DNA of 64,000 nucleotides, taken from the IMG/VR virus record IMGVR_UViG_3300032298_001038, positions 1 to 64,000 of that record. One strand, 5' to 3'. Below the pieces are notes generated by a model. It ran no database searches and was not told where the DNA came from. It worked only from the letters and a program-made list of their open reading frames with translations. The stretch comes from a virus. Shown piece after piece: positions 61,328 to 64,000 of the stretch; position 1 is the first letter of the stretch; each line of letters opens with the position of its first letter. The translations under genes were made by a program, and so were the position numbers.

Positions 61328-61360
61328 TGCTGGTTTCACTGCTAACCAGCGGAACACTAG

Positions 61361-61388
61361 ATATGCCCTGTTTTGACCCGGTATTTAG
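61361..61388 (-). promoter_or_regulatory. Promoter-like motif CTAAATA-N15-GCATAT
   Basis: Exact; embedded in an 11-bp inverted repeat. Confidence 0.8.
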
Positions 61389-61412
61389 CCGGCAGGGCAT
61401 ATCGGGCGTATA

Positions 61413-61577
61413 TCACAGGCCCGAGAGGCCCATGTACACGCCGTAGGCAAAGCAGGCGCAGATGTAAGCGCCCACCGCAACCATCACACACAATGCGATG
61501 TTGCGGACCGTCCGAGTGACGAAGCGGACGGGGAGAACAAGGCCGTAGTAGAGAGCGGCGCAGAAAGCATAGGTCAT
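61413..61577 (-). CDS. 54-aa two-TM peptide (not in ORF track)
   Basis: SD AAGGGTGA; own promoter at 61678. Confidence 0.55.
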   Translation of the reverse strand: MTYAFCAALYYGLVLPVRFVTRTVRNIALCVMVAVGAYICACFAYGVYMGLSGL

Positions 61578-61677
61578 GGCTTCACCCTTTCAAGGTGACT
61601 ATCTGTGTGTCCCGCATGCAAAGTGCGCACTTTGCTGGTGCCCGGTACGCCCACAGATAACTAGACGCCCGTACTTA

Positions 61678-61705
61678 ATATGCGTGTAAATGCGGGAGTA
61701 TTTAG
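61678..61705 (-). promoter_or_regulatory. Promoter-like motif CTAAATA-N15-GCATAT
   Basis: Exact. Confidence 0.8.
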
Positions 61706-61708
61706 CCT

Positions 61709-61773
61709 TGATATCTAAACGAACGTGTGGGTGCCCGGGGCGTTAACCCCGGGCATGGCTTCCACACGTCGTT
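61709..61773 (-). other. Two-tier hairpin + TTTAGATATCA
   Basis: Inner TGCCCGGGG/CCCCGGGCA and outer AACGACGTGTGG/CCACACGTTCGTT. Confidence 0.7.
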
Positions 61774-61780
61774 GTTGCGA

Positions 61781-62227
61781 TCACCAGTCGCCGCCGTAGG
61801 CTTTTTCGCTGGCGGCGTACTCGTCGTCGCTCTCGTCGCTCTCGTCGCTCTCGTCGTCGACGAACTCCGCCATCGCAGCGCGGTGTGAGTCGCGGTCGTA
61901 CTCGATGGACTTGTTCCACCGAGCAGAGGACTGCGCCGCGTGATCGCGTGCTGTGCTTTGCACCCGATATACGAGACCCGACAACTCCGGCAGCGCAGCG
62001 TCGAAGAACGCCTGCACGCCGCTGGAGAGCCGGGTCAGGACGTAAACCGGCACGACGACGACCGCGAAGGCGGCCGACATCCAACAGAACTGGAAGGCGT
62101 TGTGGAGCCGGCGGCCGAGCCGCTTCCAGTCCTTTGTCCTCACCATCATGAGGGCCGTCCACACGACACACATGATGACGCCGGTGACAGCGGCGATACC
62201 GTAGAAGAACATTTGCTCAGTGGTCAT
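61781..62227 (-). CDS. Early membrane protein with acidic tail
   Basis: Start MTTEQ, SD AAGGAG; two TM helices; DDESDESDESDD tail. Confidence 0.65.
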   Translation of the reverse strand: MTTEQMFFYGIAAVTGVIMCVVWTALMMVRTKDWKRLGRRLHNAFQFCWMSAAFAVVVVPVYVLTRLSSGVQAFFDAALPELSGLVYRVQSTARDHAAQSSARWNKSIEYDRDSHRAAMAEFVDDESDESDESDDEYAASEKAYGGDW

Positions 62228-62323
62228 CTCTCTGCTCCTTACCCCGTGTTGCTGGTGGCTGAAGTTAGCCGCGGCGTACGTTCCGCACAGTCCAACGCGC
62301 AACAGATAATTGGACTGCATTAG

Positions 62324-62351
62324 ATATGCCGCAGAACACGGGAGTATTTAG
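62324..62351 (-). promoter_or_regulatory. Promoter-like motif CTAAATA-N15-GCATAT
   Basis: Exact. Confidence 0.8.
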
Positions 62352-62354
62352 CCC

Positions 62355-62414
62355 TGATATCTAAACGTGACGTGCACAACCCGGGTGTGACCCCGGGCTA
62401 TACACGTACACGTT
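62355..62414 (-). other. Two-tier hairpin + TTTAGATATCA
   Basis: Inner CCCGGG/CCCGGG and outer AACGTG-ACGTG/CACGTCACGTT. Confidence 0.7.
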
Positions 62415-62418
62415 GTGA

Positions 62419-62727
62419 TCAGTCGCGGAACAGCGCCTCCGGCGGGAGGTGCTTGCCCGTGACGTTATAGATCACGCCCTCAATGGCGCACTCCAACGCC
62501 GACGCACTGCGGGCGGCGAGGGAGTTGGGTTCCAGTTTCTTGTTAATCAAGAACTGCAACAGTCGCGCCGCCGCGACGATGTCGCGCGGCTGAGTGCCGG
62601 ACCAGTCGCTTTGATGCACGAACGCTTTAATGGCCGAACGCAGACGCTTGAGCGCCGCGTCGCCACCACCGAACAAGTCGTCGGCGCTCCCGAACAGCGA
62701 ATCATCGTTGTCAAACAGGTTAGCCAT
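62419..62727 (-). CDS. Early hypothetical protein
   Basis: SD AAGGAG; own promoter. Confidence 0.65.
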   Translation of the reverse strand: MANLFDNDDSLFGSADDLFGGGDAALKRLRSAIKAFVHQSDWSGTQPRDIVAAARLLQFLINKKLEPNSLAARSASALECAIEGVIYNVTGKHLPPEALFRD

Positions 62728-62800
62728 GGCTAACTCCTTATCGCGCTACCCCGGACATGGCGTTGTGTTGCTGCGCGAATAACAACACGTGCCTTATTGC

Positions 62801-62828
62801 ATATGCGTGTAAATACCGCGCTATTTAG
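62801..62828 (-). promoter_or_regulatory. Promoter-like motif CTAAATA-N15-GCATAT
   Basis: Exact. Confidence 0.8.
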
Positions 62829-62831
62829 TTG

Positions 62832-62891
62832 TGATATCTAAACGAGGCGCGAACAGCCGGGGCGTTACCCCCGGCGTCGCGACACCCGTTT
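62832..62891 (-). other. Two-tier hairpin + TTTAGATATCA
   Basis: Inner GCCGGGG/CCCCGGC; imperfect outer stem ending CGTTTAG. Confidence 0.65.
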
Positions 62892-62895
62892 ACTT

Positions 62896-63003
62896 TCACT
62901 CGCGGTCCTCCGTCTGAGCGGTGAGCATCGCGTCCTCGCACTTCTCACAGCGCTCCTCGTCGATCTCCACCGTCTCCCAACCGCAGCATTCGCAACGGGG
63001 CAT
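62896..63003 (-). CDS. 35-aa zinc-ribbon peptide (not in ORF track)
   Basis: MPRCECCG...RCEKCED; SD GAGGT; own promoter at 63105. Confidence 0.55.
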   Translation of the reverse strand: MPRCECCGWETVEIDEERCEKCEDAMLTAQTEDRE

Positions 63004-63104
63004 GACACACCTCTTGTGTTTTCGTGCTTCCTCCGGGCACGGCCGGGACTAATGCAAAAGCAGGGAGTCACCCGGGCCGCCAATACGTATCGGCGACTTA
63101 ATAG

Positions 63105-63132
63105 ATATGCCAGAGAAGCCGGCAGAATTTAG
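63105..63132 (-). promoter_or_regulatory. Promoter-like motif CTAAATT-N15-GCATAT
   Basis: One mismatch, 15-nt spacer. Confidence 0.7.
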
Positions 63133-63779
63133 TCCCACAGCCCTTCGAAGTACTTACCGAAGAGCGTCAACCCGCGCGTTTTTCTGTTTTGCCACGCGGT
63201 ATATCCGTCCTTGTCAAACTTGCCCCGGCGCATGGACTCGTCAAACGAAATGCCGGGTTCGCCGCGGGGTTTATCCGGATTCAAATCAGTGTGAAACTGG
63301 CTTTCGGCTTCGTCGTCCACAATCTGCTCGAACGCCCAGATCATTTCGCCCATCACCCAGTCCCAGCGTTTGTGGGTATTGTTATCTGTATACCCCATGT
63401 TGACCTGCGCGTCGGTCAGGGGTTCGGCGTTGGTGCTTTTGAGTTCGTCTGGCACGTCGTCATCGTCTACCAGAGCCGAACCGTGCTTGGTTTCTTTTAA
63501 CTGCTTGAGCAAGGGCAGGATGATGGGCGCGAGCGTGGAATCCATACCCCACGTGTCGTAATAATCGACGCGGATTCGAACCTTGCGCTTGTACCGTGCG
63601 TCAACCCATTCTTCGATCGCGCGCAGCCAACTAAACCGACGGCGAGCGATACGGTTGACGCGGTCGTACTCGTCGAGGTTAACGCGCTTTTCATTCAAAC
63701 CGTACCGCCAACGCAACAGTTTTTTAACCCAGCGGTAGGGTTGAAACCAGTGGTGGTACGGCCCGATGTAGACTTTCAT
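63129..63779 (-). CDS. Conserved phage hypothetical protein
   Basis: DTW.MD.TLA.IILP.LKQLKETKHG...VDD.DVP...WDWV..EMI.AF motif recalled from large phages. Confidence 0.75.
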   Translation of the reverse strand: MKVYIGPYHHWFQPYRWVKKLLRWRYGLNEKRVNLDEYDRVNRIARRRFSWLRAIEEWVDARYKRKVRIRVDYYDTWGMDSTLAPIILPLLKQLKETKHGSALVDDDDVPDELKSTNAEPLTDAQVNMGYTDNNTHKRWDWVMGEMIWAFEQIVDDEAESQFHTDLNPDKPRGEPGISFDESMRRGKFDKDGYTAWQNRKTRGLTLFGKYFEGLWD

Positions 63780-64000
63780 GCCGTGGTTCTCTTTTTGGGT
63801 TGTGGTTTAAACCTGTACCAACTGTGCTTGCAGTCTGGACACATCCACTCGCTCACGCCGTCGTAATGCTGCGGGTGGTCATACGAGTATTCGACGCCCA
63901 CAAGCCTGCTGAATTTGTAGGGCGGCGCATAACACTCTCGGATAGACGCCCGGAGTTCGTCGTCAGACTTGTCTTTACACCACTCTTGGGGGCGCAGGAC
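63776..64000 (-). CDS. Partial hypothetical protein (5' end outside window)
   Basis: Open frame ending ATGA on the next gene; YDGVSEWMCPDC motif. Confidence 0.55.
   Translation of the reverse strand, partial: VLRPQEWCKDKSDDELRASIRECYAPPYKFSRLVGVEYSYDHPQHYDGVSEWMCPDCKHSWYRFKPQPKKRTTA

Noticed and set aside
58998-63132. Repeated intergenic motifs as a CRISPR array
   Set aside because: Units are hundreds of bp apart, separated by real ORFs, and are bipartite promoter/hairpin elements; no cas genes.
1-64000. Stop-codon reassignment
   Set aside because: TAA, TAG and TGA all end genes cleanly at operon junctions, and large genes are uninterrupted in the standard code.

Overview
The window is part of a large, GC-rich, tailed dsDNA (jumbo-like) bacteriophage genome. 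Every credible gene is on the minus strand and most have Shine-Dalgarno sites. (1) Early/accessory blocks at both ends (1-3.5 kb, 59-64 kb) sit behind nine copies of a bipartite promoter-like motif, CTAAATA-N15-GCATAT, with structured leaders and conserved hairpins. (2) A head-morphogenesis module (3.7-18 kb) encodes an adaptor, an HK97-fold major capsid protein, a decoration protein, a scaffold and a prohead protease. (3) A two-gene multisubunit RNA polymerase consists of beta fused to the N-half of beta', plus a separate beta' C-half; it has no cysteine and has lost both Zn sites. (4) A putative lysis/envelope cassette carries holin-like, matrixin and papain-like genes. (5) An accessory block includes an actin-like ATPase, dCMP deaminase, tRNA-Asn, FkbM methyltransferase, ferritin-like protein, glycosyltransferase, AlkB-like oxygenase, trypsin and PhoH. 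(6) Many low-complexity or glycine-zipper proteins have domains separated by a recurring K-x-A motif. The most striking candidate system is a virion-delivered cargo set: Cys-free polyproteins (2H phosphoesterase/Nudix; ART/SNF2 helicase; Gly-zipper modules) probably cut at K-x-A and delivered with a Cys-free RNAP. An RNA-level layer accompanies it: CsrA-type hairpins on late RBSs, a ~234-nt structured RNA and a 72-nt tRNA-like four-way junction. All family assignments come from motifs recognised by eye; no database search or folding program was run.
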